From positions 1-37,228 of the forward strand of contig JAUCBJ010005559.1 in the NCBI GenBank assembly GCA_032718475.1: a stretch of DNA of 37,228 nucleotides, in the 5' to 3' direction. This DNA is from Nemertoderma westbladi (Eukaryota > Animalia > Xenacoelomorpha). Below, one piece after another: positions 1 through 12,189 of this stretch; positions within the stretch are counted from its first letter, which is position 1; each line of letters opens with the position of its first letter. The notes under the pieces are model-generated. The model saw nothing but the letters and a program-made list of their open reading frames with translations. It was not told the DNA's origin and ran no database searches. Made by a program: the position numbers and the translations under genes.

Positions 1-1654
1 TTAACAATGCTTCTATCAAGAATTCCAAATATACGTTGGAGTTACCGCGTTTATTTGTTTCTTTAGTGTCTTTTCTTTCGAGTCGATTTCGAATAGAATT
101 TTCGCATTCGAATTTCAGTTTATGGTTCCGACTCCGCTGGGCAGGATATATAGTCGACATAGTCCGTATTATGTAAATCGATAGGATGACCAGTAGTTAA
201 GAAGACCATATACGTACCATTACGCTGCGTATATCGAGCAGCGAATTTTCTATAGTCCAACTCGCGCGAGCTGCTCTTGGGACATTGGCGGTTCGATATA
301 ACGACCATCGTCCTCCGCAGCAGTTGGACTAACGTCGCCGCGTATTAAGCTATCAACAAACGCTTGTAAAAGTAGAGTATATCGCTCCCCGATACTAAGA
401 CCATCTTCTATCAACTCCGTCATATCTGCTATATATGAGTTTATCCATATTATAATGAGTTTATATTTAGGCGAGCGGGCGTCGCTGCCTACCCCAATCA
501 ACCCCCGGACAGTACGAGATCCTCAGCGCCGATGTGTCGTCGCCGCTGTACTTTCGCCAACGACGTAGCCGCACAACGACAACGACAACCGGCACAAGTC
601 ACTCGACTGTCCGTCCCAAAGGCTTAGATACACCTCAGGTTCTTACTGGAGAGTTAGGGTTACTTTCACAATTGCGACTCGCTACTGTAAACACACCTTA
701 GTAGTAACATTCGCCTATAAACTCACAAATACCACACACACAACTTGTCACAAATTACACACACTCGGGTCACTTGTCCGTTAGTCAATGCCTTCCAGAA
801 TGTCACTGTATTATTATGTATCCTTGGATACTATCAGTGCACTATTTATTCCCTATGCTATTCAATGGGACAAGCTTTCTATTGTTCTCTTAACTCAATT
901 CTAATTCTAGTGTGGTTGTTGCTATGGTGACATTATGCAAAGCTAGCGGTAGAATTAGGGTAATTCCAATGCATACAGATCTGGGATGTTATTTAATAGT
1001 AATTCTTTAATGGTCAATGTCCTGTTTTATACATGACTTTATGAATTTTATCGGCTATTGACTATGTTTGGGAGACTTCGCACACTCATACTCATAATAA
1101 GATAAATCTCCGCTCCCTTGATCTATTAATTAATGGAATTTTGGGAATGTTATAAATTGCGTAAAAATGGCAATTTATTAAATTCATTAAAAGGCATGAA
1201 TTTAAATTTATTCCCTGAAATTTTATTATTTGATAATTAAATTGACATATTTTGATTCTAGAACATGTCTGGGGACACAAGATCCTTAATTCTATGACAA
1301 TTGTCTTTTTAAGAATATCGGTAAATGCTACGATATCTTAATTGACTAGAATTGTTGAAGGATCTGAATTTTACAGATTTTGATTTATTAGATTTGCAAA
1401 TATTAAATAATTAATATTTGAGATGGGCACCAATTTATTCCAGAACTTGTCTGGGGACGTTAACCACTGATTCTAAAATTTGTCTTTCAAGTATATCGGT
1501 GGGTGCCGCGATATCTTAATCGACTAGAATTACAGATGGTCAAAAGGTTTAACAGATTTATGTGCGTTTTACGCTACTGTTAGAGGGACATCACGCTACT
1601 ATATGTATTATTTAATATACGGTATGAGAGCAATATCGCACGAAGCAATGTCAG

Positions 1655-2059
1655 TGTGAAGAGGCAAGTCGTTTCCAAGGTCTACCCAGAGCTTGGTTTA
1701 GCCGAGACACGAGGATCTGAACTTTGCATTCCTAATACTCTGCCTACCAATAATACTTGAATATAGTAGTGGCTTTATTGTACTTTAATAAGTACGAAGA
1801 TTTCATCTTACTGTAGTCACGTATTTATAATATGATACGGACAGTAAGGAAAGAGAAAAATAATTATTTCTCGCCGTCGCACTAAATATATATTATAAGT
1901 AATTACGTACGTAATAAACACTAATATATTGCACTAATCTACTAAATGATCACTAAAATAATATTCTACTAAATTAAATAAAACGATTATAATAAAATTA
2001 CATAGTAATACATACAGAAATATAAAAATAATAAAATAATATAAAATAATAGAGTCACA
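1655..2059 (-). mobile_element. Long terminal repeat (probable 3' LTR) of a BEL/Pao-like retrotransposon
   Basis: 405-bp segment bounded by TGTGA (1655) and TCACA (2059). On the minus strand it has a TATA-like TATAAATA (~1822-1829) followed by AATAAA (~1774-1779). It is preceded by a purine-rich PPT-like GGAGTGGGTG (2060-2069) just after the stop of the pol-like ORF. No second LTR is in the window. Confidence 0.55.
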
Positions 2060-2077
2060 CACCCACTCCATATGTTG

Positions 2078-2677
2078 TTACGTTATGGAGTCCCTAGATG
2101 TTTGAAGGATTAGGGAGGTGGTCGTGGGAAGAGAATCTTGCCTTCCACAGTTTCCGGAGAGTCCTCCATTCCCTTCCGGTAAACACAAACGACCGACTGG
2201 GTGATTGAGTCGCTGCATCCCGAATACAATTCCAGGTTTCCTCTTCGTCCTGGAATAGTGACGATAGAAACATCGCTCTAGGTACACGACGGCCTTACAA
2301 AGCCGATTCCAGGAGCTATAGTGGTCCGTCGCTCCCTGCAAGAGAGGTGAGAGTCCCTGCGAGACGTCTGATGTTCCAGAGCTCCAATCGCTCTCTCTGA
2401 TCTTCATGAAGGATCCACTCGCGGTGGGGAGGTCCAGATCCAAGGCGTCGTCCCTGGCAATATGTAATACCGACAGATCTATCCCGGGTTCAAATAACTC
2501 CGATCCACCCGTCCGGGTTTTAGGTTTGACTTTCTCCGCTCCCTTGGCTGGTCTAATCTCAGTCGGAGTAAGATGGGGAGGCCATTCATCCTCCTTACTC
2601 AGGAAGTCGGGTTCACCTAACCGGTCTGTGACGCCTGCAGTGATGTTCCGAAGTATGGCAATTTTGGAAAGTTTCAA
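2078..2677 (-). pseudogene. Internally deleted BEL/Pao pol remnant (post-RNase H linker fused to integrase C-terminal tail)
   Basis: EPDFLSKEDEWP and YSSWNRLCKAVVYLERC resemble the BEL/Pao 'GPxFL..WP' and 'FSSWxRLxR..A' linker motifs. HPVGRLCLP resembles the terminal 'RP.xKLC.L' motif. No RT or integrase core is present. Confidence 0.55.
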
Positions 2678-3735
2678 TTTTCCAGATGGTGGTATGGAAG
2701 TCTGACTTGCTGGTGGTACATGAAAATTGTACCACAGAACCCCCCTTTGGCATATCTAACTATTTACTAAATGTTTTGGGCTACCCACTATTCAGACCAC
2801 TCTAACTCAAGCCTCAGAAAGACAAAATCTGTCGAAAAGTCCAATCTTTAGCCACATAGACAAGTGGGTGGTATTTATTCATGGTTTTAATGTGTATGAG
2901 ACCTATTCATGTGTACAATAAACATAAAATGACACTCCCCCCACTACCCTGATAACAATTGCATGTTATTTTAACGTTTATATCACATTTTTATTGAACA
3001 TGGCAAACGTTTGAAAAAACGTTTGCAACACGTCCAGAAATAGATTATTTTCATGTTATTTTGTCCAAGCGGGTGGCATGTAATAAACGTTTAGAAGTAA
3101 ACGTGTAAATAGCATGAAACAAACGTTACTCAATCGCCGGTTCTTTATGACGTTTGAATTAAACGTGTGTCTAGCATGTGTAACTAACGTGAATCATGCG
3201 TCGGTTCTTTCGAAATTGCTTGGAAATATACGTTTTTTTAATGCAAAGAAAACGTTTGTTTTAAACGTTGTAAATCGTTATTCTCTACACTAATTTGGTC
3301 ATCCATTGATTCGACCACCGGATTGTTCTCATGGTATGCAATTGTTCGAATTAAGAAGATAATTTATGTGTAAAACATGAATATTATTAAGCACAAGGTA
3401 GTAGTAGCCGGTACAGCACAACTTAACCACCTAAAAACTAGTGTTATTGTTCACAATAACAACAACACCTATTAAACAAATGAACTGCATTGCACAAACT
3501 TTAAGTAAAATTGTACGGTATATACTAATTGTACTGTAATAATATAGACCAACCGCAGCTTTGTTAAACGCTATTTGGCCTGGGGGGGGGGGGGGGGACC
3601 GAGATTCTGTGACTTTTCCTAAAATTTTATGGGCTATCCATCAGAGCACAAAGGAAATTATTATCCAATATTGAAATATAATAAATAGTTTCAAAAATTT
3701 CCCTGTTCACTTCAATGTTCCAAAATTGGAGACAA

Positions 3736-3964
3736 GGGGGGAAACTGGACGCAAATGTCGTCTTGGCGAATTAATATCCCGCCTCAATGTTAAATTCTCA
3801 ATTTAGGGAAAGGAGCAGGTTACAGTGGCACATTATTTTAACCAAAACAATTAACTAAACACAATAGAACAGGTTACAGTTTTATTTTTGAGAGAAATCA
3901 TCTGTTATTTGCGTCGAATTTCCCCTGGAGAGGGATGCAGTTTTATTGCGTCCAGTTTCCCCCC
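3736..3964. mobile_element. Small MITE-like inverted-repeat element
   Basis: Perfect 19-bp inverted repeat GGGGGGAAACTGGACGCAA (3736-3754) / TTGCGTCCAGTTTCCCCCC (3946-3964). The interior (~3799-3852) resembles the repeat at 8081-8219. Confidence 0.5.
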
Positions 3965-4111
3965 CCCCCCCCCCCCCCACCCACCCCGGGGCAATACATT
4001 GTAAAATAGACAACAATTAACATTTACGATAAAACAAATTACAATTAAAACAACAATGTTGGGACGTTACGGGGAGTTTTCAGTTACATTGATCATTCAG
4101 TTTCAGCCACA

Positions 4112-4280
4112 TCGATATCACTGAATCCGGAGTCCGTTCCGCCAAGGATCCGTCGATATCACTGAATCCGGAGTCCGTTCAGCCAAGGATCCGTCGATAT
4201 CACTGAATCCGGAGTCCGTTCAGCCAAGGATCCGTCGATATCACTGAATCCGGAGTCCGTTCCACCAAGGATATCCGTCG
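4112..4280. repeat. 41-bp tandem repeat, ~4 copies
   Basis: Unit TCGATATCACTGAATCCGGAGTCCGTTCAGCCAAGGATCCG starts at 4112, 4153, 4194 and 4235, with no spacers. Confidence 0.95.
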
Positions 4281-4504
4281 CTAGCAAAGTGGAATAACTT
4301 TCCCGTATCTTGGATCTGGAAAATTAATTTATTTGTGTTAAAAAAATATAAGGCTCGGACTAGGACTATATTAAACTAAGACTTCATCATCTGCAATAAA
4401 TATCTGTTAAAGAAATGTTATTTCATTAATATCTTCGTTGGCTATTCGTGTCATTCATTACCGGTATCTACAAGATGTAAACCTAAATAAAAATAAATGG
4501 GGAA

Positions 4505-5990
4505 TTGTTGAGTGGCTGTCGCTGTGACATAGCTGTGGCCAGCGTTGGGTGACTGTGACACAGCGTTGGGTGGCCAGCGATGGGTGGCCAGCGTTGGGTG
4601 ACTGTGACACAGCTTTGGGTGGCCAGCGATGGGTGGCCAGCGTTGGGTGACTGTGACATAGCGTTGGGTGGCTGTGGCATATAATTGAGTGGCTGTGGCA
4701 TAGCGTTGAGTGGCTGTGACATAGCGTTGAGTAACTGTGACATAGCGTTGAGTGGCTGTGACATAGCTTTGAGTGGCTGTGACAAAGCATTGAGCGGCTG
4801 TGACGCATTGATCGGCTGTGACATAGCATTGAGCGGCTGTGACATAGCGTTGGGTGGCTGTGGCATAGCATTGAGTGGCTGTGACATAGCGTTGATTGGC
4901 TGTGACATAGCGTTGAGTGGCTGTGACATAGCTTTGAGTGGCTGTGACAAAGCATTGAGCGGCTGTGACGCATTGATCGGCTGTGACATAGCATTGAGCG
5001 GCTGTGACATAGCGTTGGGTGGCTGTGGCATAGCATTGAGTGGCTGTGACATAGCATTGAGCGGCTGTGACATAGCGTTGGGTGGCTGTGGCATAGCATT
5101 GAGTGGCTGTGACATAGCGTTGATTGGCTGTGACATAGCGTTGAGTGGCTGTGACATAGCGTTGGGTGGCTGTGGCATAGCGTTGAGCGGCTGTGACATA
5201 GCATTGGGCGGCTGTGACATAGCGTTGGGTGACTGTGGCATAGCATTGAGTGGCTGTGACATAGCGTTGATTGGCTGTGACATAACGTTGGGTGGCTAGC
5301 GTTGATTGGCTGTGACATAGCGTTGAGTGGCTGTGACATAGCGTTGAGTGGCTGTGACATAGCTTTGAGTGGCTGTGACAAAGCATTGAGTGGATGTGAC
5401 ATAGCATTGGGCGGCTGTGACATAGCGTTGGGTGGTTGTGATGTGACATAGCGTTGGGTGGCTGTGGCAGTGTGGCATAGCGGTTGAGTGGTTGTTGTGA
5501 CAAAGCGTTGGGTGGCTGTGACAATACGTTGAGTGGCTGTGACATAGCGTTGAGTGTCTGTGACATAGCGTTGAGTGGCTGTGACATAGCGTTGGGTGGC
5601 TGTGGCATAGCATTGCGTGGTTGTGACATAGCGTTGAGTGGCTGTGACATGGCATTGAGCGCCTGTGAGATAGCGTTGAGTGGCTGTGGCTGTGACATAG
5701 CGTTGGGTGGCTGTGGCATAGCGTTGAGTGGGTATGACATAGCATTGAGCGGCTGTGACATAGCATTGAGCGGCTGTGACATAGTATTGAGTGGTTGTGA
5801 CATTGCATTGAGTGGCTGTGACATGGCATTGAGCGCCTGTGCGATAGCGTTGAGTGGCTGTGACATAGCGTTGAGTGTCTGTGACATAGCTTTGAGTGGC
5901 TGTGACATAGCATTGAGCGGCTGTGACATAGCATTGAGCGGCTGTGACATAGCATTGAGTGGTTGTGACATTGCATTGAGTGGCTGTGAC
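4505..5990. repeat. 21-bp minisatellite (consensus AGTGGCTGTGACATAGCGTTG)
   Basis: About 70 degenerate monomers. They generate the heptapeptide-repeat ORFs (MSQPLNA, SGCDIAL, VTATQRY) in several frames on both strands. Confidence 0.95.
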
Positions 5991-6599
5991 TTCTGTCTCG
6001 CCCAACTTCTGTCTCTGCTTCCAAAAGTATAAAAAAGCGTCTCGATATATAAAACATCGAGACTGGAAAAATATTTCGAGAAAATATCGCCATGGGATAT
6101 ATAGTGGTAGCTTAGTGAAAGGGTTTGGTTAGGTAAGTCTAGAGTTTAGTGTTGTCTTAGAATAGGGTTAGGTTGTAGATAGAGGGAGAGGCTTCACCTC
6201 TGAGTATCAATGATCAACGTATTGTTAGTTGTCTGGGTAATCAGTGTGAGTATCGTATTGGAAACATGATTGGATTCATTGTCGCTCATATATTCCACCT
6301 AAAATGATAATAATATATATACATATGTAGCATTGGAGCAATTAGATCAACGTGCACAAGTCACCACAACCCATCACAGACTGTTTCACATTGCCACTGC
6401 ACTGGGGACTGGTTTATAAAGAGGAAATGAGTAAAAAATAAAGCAAACATTTACTTACCTACCATAGATAGCCAGAGTAAGGCATGTTTTATTTTAAATT
6501 ACAGTATACATATGCACGCTCTGACGATTTATAAACGGCCCAAAGTACCAAGTGGGCCAAACCTAACAGCAAGGCCTAGTAGTAAGTAAAATAATAACC

Positions 6600-7030
6600 T
6601 CATCGCCAGAATCTGATGCGTATCTTTAGCTGGCTGCCTGGGACCGCATGTGTAATTTACTTCCGGCCGCCGGCGCTTTTTCCCTCTATTTGATCCAAAT
6701 AGATTACAGGATTAGGATTTTAATCACTTGAATCACTGAAATAACGATGTGTAAGAAGCCTATTCAAGTTCAATACAAACCTGTTAAGTGAAGAACCTTC
6801 GCATTAAATGTGGGCCAACTTGACAGTTGACAGAAGATCTGGATTCGAAAATTCTTTCCAACGTACCGGTAACAGTAGGCCGGCATTTCGAGGAGGCCAT
6901 AATATTTTTCCAGTCTGCCAGTGCAGCCTTTGCCTTTGCCGCTTGCCTGTTGTTTCGACCAACCAGCGCCAGGAAGACAGAGCCCAATCTAAACTGTCGT
7001 CGTCATCGAATTACTGGCACTGCACTGCCT
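6600..7030 (-). pseudogene. Possible decayed BEN-domain-like accessory gene inside the CACTA-like element
   Basis: Minus-strand peptide HLMRRFFT*Q is followed by a CAG|GTTTGT donor-like site (~6780) and then SCNLFGSNRGKK. This pattern is reminiscent of BEN domains (L..LF.....N..G...K). It is interrupted by a stop; the assignment is weak. Confidence 0.25.
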
Positions 7031-8080
7031 GACTGCATTACATACAGACATATTACTGTATTCTGGTATTACAATACAATTAGGCTAGGCTGCTAGGCCT
7101 ATATAATGTACATAAATAATATATAATGTATATGACATATATTATGTATTATATATGTTATGTAGGCCTATATAACATATAATGTATAATATAAAAAGAT
7201 TTATCATTTTATATGACAGTCAGACAGTATGAAGCTTAATTAAAAATAACTTAAACAGTTAATATAGGCATACGGCAGTAAACAAACATATGGCAGTATG
7301 GTCAACCCTATTGCAGCACTTAAACCAGTAAACAGCTGGCCTACACACTGCAGCACTACTGTCAAGCTCTCAGAATGTGGCTGGAGTGCATGGAGAGGGT
7401 GCTGGTAGGCTGGGGCAGGCAGTGGAGTGTCTACTGACTGACTGATGTACTGCATGCACTGCTGCATGATTTATAGGCCTATAAACGAATTTGGCGGTAA
7501 ATTTTAGGCGGTTTATTCAAACAGCCTTAAGACATATTGGCAATGATGTGCAGGACGTTTGTTCAACACGACAAAGTAGCATTTAACAAACAGCTGGAAT
7601 AAACATGTATGATTTATGTTACACAATAACATGTAAAACAAATGTTAAATAATTACATGATAAAACATGTTACATTTAGGTATCATTAAAACGTGATCAA
7701 CAAATGTTTGATTATAACATGATTGGATATTATGTTATTTAGATGTTAAAATAACATGTTGATTAAAACAAGTTTAGAAAAAAAACATGTCAACATGATT
7801 CAAGCATATAAACAAACGTTTGGTATAATAGCGTGTAGCGTGTCTGGTTAGCAGGGTAGTCAGAAAGATTTTCTGTAGGTTTCATTGGGGATATGTTCGA
7901 ATAAATCGCAAACTTTGAACTGCAATATCTCGAAAACCAATACACCATCATCAGAAATATTTCATCAGGTGTCATTTTATACCATTTCCGACCATATATC
8001 CAAAAATAAACGAAATTGATGACCCCATGCCACCGCGATTGGTCGAATTTGGATGGAATTACCCATATATATCAGTATAT

Positions 8081-8219
8081 ACCAATTGAGGGAAAGGAGC
8101 AGGTTTCAGAGGCAGGCTTTTCTAACCAAAACAATAAAGGGCCACTTTACCAATTGAGGGAAAGGATCAGGTTACAGAGGCGGGCTTTTCTAACCAAAAC
8201 AATAAACGATCACTTTACC
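8081..8219. repeat. 68-bp tandem duplication of a dispersed repeat
   Basis: ACCAATTGAGGGAAAGGAGCAGGTTTCAGAGGC…CTAACCAAAACAATAAA occurs at 8081 and 8149, with a related copy at ~3799-3852. Confidence 0.85.
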
Positions 8220-8751
8220 TGGCCTCTGAGCAAGGTGGGTGTACTTGTACTGAAACAGTATTTTGAGTCTGACACTGACCGTACCGTAGCCTATACAGCT
8301 ATACTTATAAGCTACCGGTACTGATTGTAGTACCGGTAAGAAGTCAGTAGCAATCATCACCCATGTATATGGGGATATGGCAGTATGGTAGTGGTAGGCC
8401 TACACGTTAACACTAACATCCATCGGTACGCAAAAGTCAGAAAGTGATGATAGAACCACTATATACATAACAGCATAACAATTAGACCAGTAGACAGTAT
8501 CAGGCAGTCTATACTGCTATAGGATCAGCTACTGAGCTATATACCGGTACCTGGTTACTGATACAGTGATAGGCCTATAGGGCCTACCGCCGATATACTG
8601 ATATATGATATATTACTGTATTATATTCAGATATTGGAGAATGGACAGATGGATGGGATACGAAACCACTGTATCAGTCTGTCAATAAATAAACAACCGA
8701 TTTGTTATTGTGATTGCATTGTTTAACTAGAACTAGAACATAGAACTAACA

Positions 8752-9861
8752 ATGTGTTCCAATAGATGTTTGCAGAATAGGATCCACAAACTCTTGGTTT
8801 GGGAGACTCCATGGCTAACCCTTATTGTCTTTCTATCCGTTAACATTCTCTTCTGGACTTTCCTGGTTTATATAAACGCCTCCCCTGTAACTTTATTTTT
8901 CTCAGTCACGGGTATTTTACTCGTATTTGATTGGTTATACCGCGTGGTGCGTGGCACAATGGGTGTCTGCGATGCTGCTCTGCAGTACAGTCGGTTACCT
9001 CGGGTTTGGAACTGGTTAAAATCTAAAGTCCCAATGAGATTGGGAGGAGGAATTACTGAACCGAAAAAGGAACCACGAAATAATCCCCCATTGAATGAGG
9101 AGGTTAATTTGGTTTTAAGCGACTCTATTTCCTGTTGCCATAAATTCTTTATCAGTTTATCGGAGTACCGCAGGCAACGGGCCTTCCGTTTCTGTCTCCT
9201 CTCCTGCATTCTGTTCCTACTGGTCGGACTCTCTGGGGGCGTCATCTCCGGAGTGTCGTTGTCCTACGCGATACTTGTCACATCGTTCGTATGGCCTGTC
9301 GCCACCTACCGGGACTTCCACATCCGTCTCTACCGATACATCGAGCCGCGATTAATGAAACTCGATTACCAACTCCGACTCGGGGGTGGCGGGGTGATCT
9401 CCGCTCGACGTCGCGTCGGCAACGCAACCGTGGAGACCTCGGACTGCGACGAACCGGAATCCTTCGTCGTCCCTGTGGATCCAGCCGCCCGGGCCGCCTT
9501 GGCCGCCGCCGTCACCGACTCGGAAGGTTCCTCGGCCACCAGCAGTCGTCTCCCTTCCCGCACGCCGTCGCTATCGGAACTCTATGACATCGAGTCCGAA
9601 TTCGCCGAGGGTATGCCCTCCACTATGCCGTCCCTCAGCTCCGTTCGACTCGAGTCCGACTCGGAATCCGATGGGGAGTTCCTACCCCGGGATCCCGAGG
9701 CCCGCGAGTCCGACGAGGACGTTACCATGGATACGGAGACCTCGTTCCTACGGGACCTGGTTAGCGACGCCTTGGGAACTTATATTCCCGACTCACCGAC
9801 CGAGGAGGAAGTCGAAAGCTTCGAAATACTCGATAAATCTGAGTTGAACAACTTTAGTTGA
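8752..9861 (+). CDS. RETREG: Reticulophagy regulator (RETREG/FAM134 family ER-phagy receptor), single-exon CDS
   Basis: 369-aa ORF. It has KLLVWETP and two long hydrophobic hairpins (reticulon-homology domain), the YIEPRLMKLDY motif, an acidic Ser-rich disordered tail, and a C-terminal LIR ESFEIL-DKSEL matching FAM134 DDFELL-DQSEL. The paralog number cannot be assigned. Confidence 0.9.
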   Translation: MCSNRCLQNRIHKLLVWETPWLTLIVFLSVNILFWTFLVYINASPVTLFFSVTGILLVFDWLYRVVRGTMGVCDAALQYSRLPRVWNWLKSKVPMRLGGGITEPKKEPRNNPPLNEEVNLVLSDSISCCHKFFISLSEYRRQRAFRFCLLSCILFLLVGLSGGVISGVSLSYAILVTSFVWPVATYRDFHIRLYRYIEPRLMKLDYQLRLGGGGVISARRRVGNATVETSDCDEPESFVVPVDPAARAALAAAVTDSEGSSATSSRLPSRTPSLSELYDIESEFAEGMPSTMPSLSSVRLESDSESDGEFLPRDPEARESDEDVTMDTETSFLRDLVSDALGTYIPDSPTEEEVESFEILDKSELNNFS

Positions 9862-12189
9862 ATTATTAATTAATAATAATTATAATGACCTCGATTACTT
9901 GCGGCTCTGCACATCATCCACTCACATTTTATATATTTTCATTTTTCAGGTTTACTAACTAACTTATATTATCTATAATATTAATTAATTTATTACTCTC
10001 AAGGTATTTATATCAATATTCTTTGTGTTTATAACTTTTGTTTCGGGTTTTTGTAAGAATGTAAGATAGAACTTACAATAATAACATACCACCTCTTTGC
10101 CGGATTGTCTTTCATTTCAGATAAAATTTGTTGAAACTGGACAAAAGTAGGCCTACGTCAAAATATATTATAATTATATCAAATAATTTCCTTCATACAC
10201 TGTATTAACTTAAAAGTAAAAGTAAATTATCTTCCGCCGCTAGGCCAGGGATTACGCACAAGGTCTGACGACTTATTTCCAGTGCGGTCCCCCCAGAACT
10301 TTACCCCCCAGAGGAAACTCTAGTACTCACTAAGCTACCACTTAAGGATTGAAGACAGAGATGCTCTCTGGCTCCCTTAACGTGTTTGTTGCTCTTTTGC
10401 TTGTTATCTTATTGAGTTAGTAGAACTCGCTGGGAGCTAAATAAGTTCGCTACTTGTTTTGTGCCATTTAATTATGTTTTTGGTCTGGTGTGTAATATAT
10501 TACGTATAAATAATGCTGGTAGACCGTAGCTGTCACTCACTATATCTTAGTGGATTAGCAGTGACCAGTGGAACACTTTTATTATAGTAGTTAGTTAGTA
10601 GTTTATATTCGTTAATTTACACAGATTATGTTTCGTTTATATCAGGTAGCAACAACACAAGCAATGAGTCCCCTCTCGCTGACTCAATACAATTTATAAT
10701 TAATCAATAAGTTAAAATAAACTTATTTTCGTTTATTGATTATTAATTAAAACACCAAATTAAATATTTTTAACCCTATATCATACATTTATTTCATTTT
10801 TGTATTTGATACAATGTTCTAGAACATTAATCAATATTAAAAACAACCGGAAAACAATTTTAACAAGTAAACAACCCGACATTCGGGTAGATATAACCTG
10901 CTGCTAGCGCCTTCCTCACTTACTTGGCTCTACCCAAAGTGCTTTAATAAAAATGGATCCTTTTTATATTGGTTGATTTTCTGTCTAGAAATGATCCAAT
11001 GAAAGGAATTCCTATGATGCTACAGATGTAATTACAAGCTGCAGCAGAGTGAGGCAATGTGTGTTAGTGGGAGTTAATGGGTTGAAAAATGTAATTTAAT
11101 TTAAAACATTAATGGAAAAGAGCAGATTAATTAATCTAAATTATAATTGTTGACACTGATGTTGCTATTTGGTTTATTTATTTACGTTTTACCGCTTTCA
11201 GCTATAATTTAGTTTGATAACAAATAAATTATTATAAATTATATGTATTTATTACTTATTGTATAACTTATATAAACTATAATATAACACCAGCCCGTTT
11301 GTTGTAGTAGATAGAAGACCTTGAGGGACACGAAGTCTTGTGAAACTTTATCATACCATATTTATATGGGGATGATTTTATAGTTCGAAATTTCTGACAG
11401 TCCAATCGCTATTTGCGAATCCCATAAGTTTCGTTCGGTTTATCCGCTACCCTACATCCATTTAAATTTTGAATAAAAATTTTTTGTCGAATATTGACGG
11501 CTGAGATACTCTTCAGCCAGAATAACGGTTAAACAGACAAGTACATCTGATTTGGCCCGTACTGAACAGTATGATGTGGCACACAAACTTCGTGGCTCGC
11601 CCCTCATTACCAGTTCCATAATAATAATTGAGATTGGCTAAATAGATTCGGATGTTGTTTACTTTATTTGAGACTGTGGCCGATGTTGAGTTGGGTTTCA
11701 CATGTACTGAAACATAATTATTATGAACAGATACCCAAAGTAAACAATCGCATGTCATCATAGTGTTAAGTCCAGAGAAGGAACATAGAGCATAATCTAA
11801 TCTAATCAGCGTAAGCTCGAGGGCTTAACTATCGGTGGATGTAGTTTTTTATGTTACAAAAACAACCTAGGTATATACTTGTTTACCTTGTCTTTATTTA
11901 TTAATATTCCACCACACATTTAAATGTTTATAAAATACATAAAACAAATAATAGTTTCAGCGTTTTTTAATCAGTTGACCTTTTTTTTATGAATTTTGAG
12001 TCCCGATTAAGGGGGGGGGGGGGGGGGGGGGTAGTCGAATTTGGGCCAAAAATTGAAATTTTTAAGTATATCCCATCTGATGTAGAATTTAATGGTGATT
12101 CCAAATCTCAAAAAACAGTTTTTCCATATCTTGTTTCGTTCACGAGATATCATGTGTGAAGTACGGGTAGTCTCTAATGTTGTAATTTT

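Larger units (their letters stand above)
2947..7856. mobile_element. Putative non-autonomous CACTA/EnSpm-like DNA transposon with nested repeats
   Basis: Termini CCCTGATAAC (2947) and GTTAGCAGGG (7856) form an inverted repeat with one mismatch, both flanked by TA. Both subterminal ~300-bp regions are dense in AAACGT(T)/AACATG(T) motifs. No transposase is present. Confidence 0.5.

Noticed and set aside
4112-4280. CRISPR-like appearance of the 41-bp repeat and other arrays near RT ORFs
   Set aside because: The units are contiguous with no unique spacers, there are no cas genes and the context is eukaryotic. The RTs are LINE-type, not retron, DGR or group II intron type.
4451-6093. 200-515 aa ORFs with MSQPLNA/SGCDIAL/VTATQRY repeats
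   Set aside because: They are open in many frames on both strands, shift frame at monomer indels and have no unique domain. They are translations of a 21-bp satellite.
958-8064. 11-bp inverted pair GGGTAATTCCA / TGGAATTACCC as ends of one large element
   Set aside because: The match is short enough to occur by chance and there is no matching TSD. The right copy is probably the end of a smaller repeat.
10235-10570. Possible SINE or LINE 3'-tail remnant (minus-strand GGACCGCACTGGAAATAAG)
   Set aside because: I could not identify A/B boxes, a tail or a TSD, so the evidence is insufficient.
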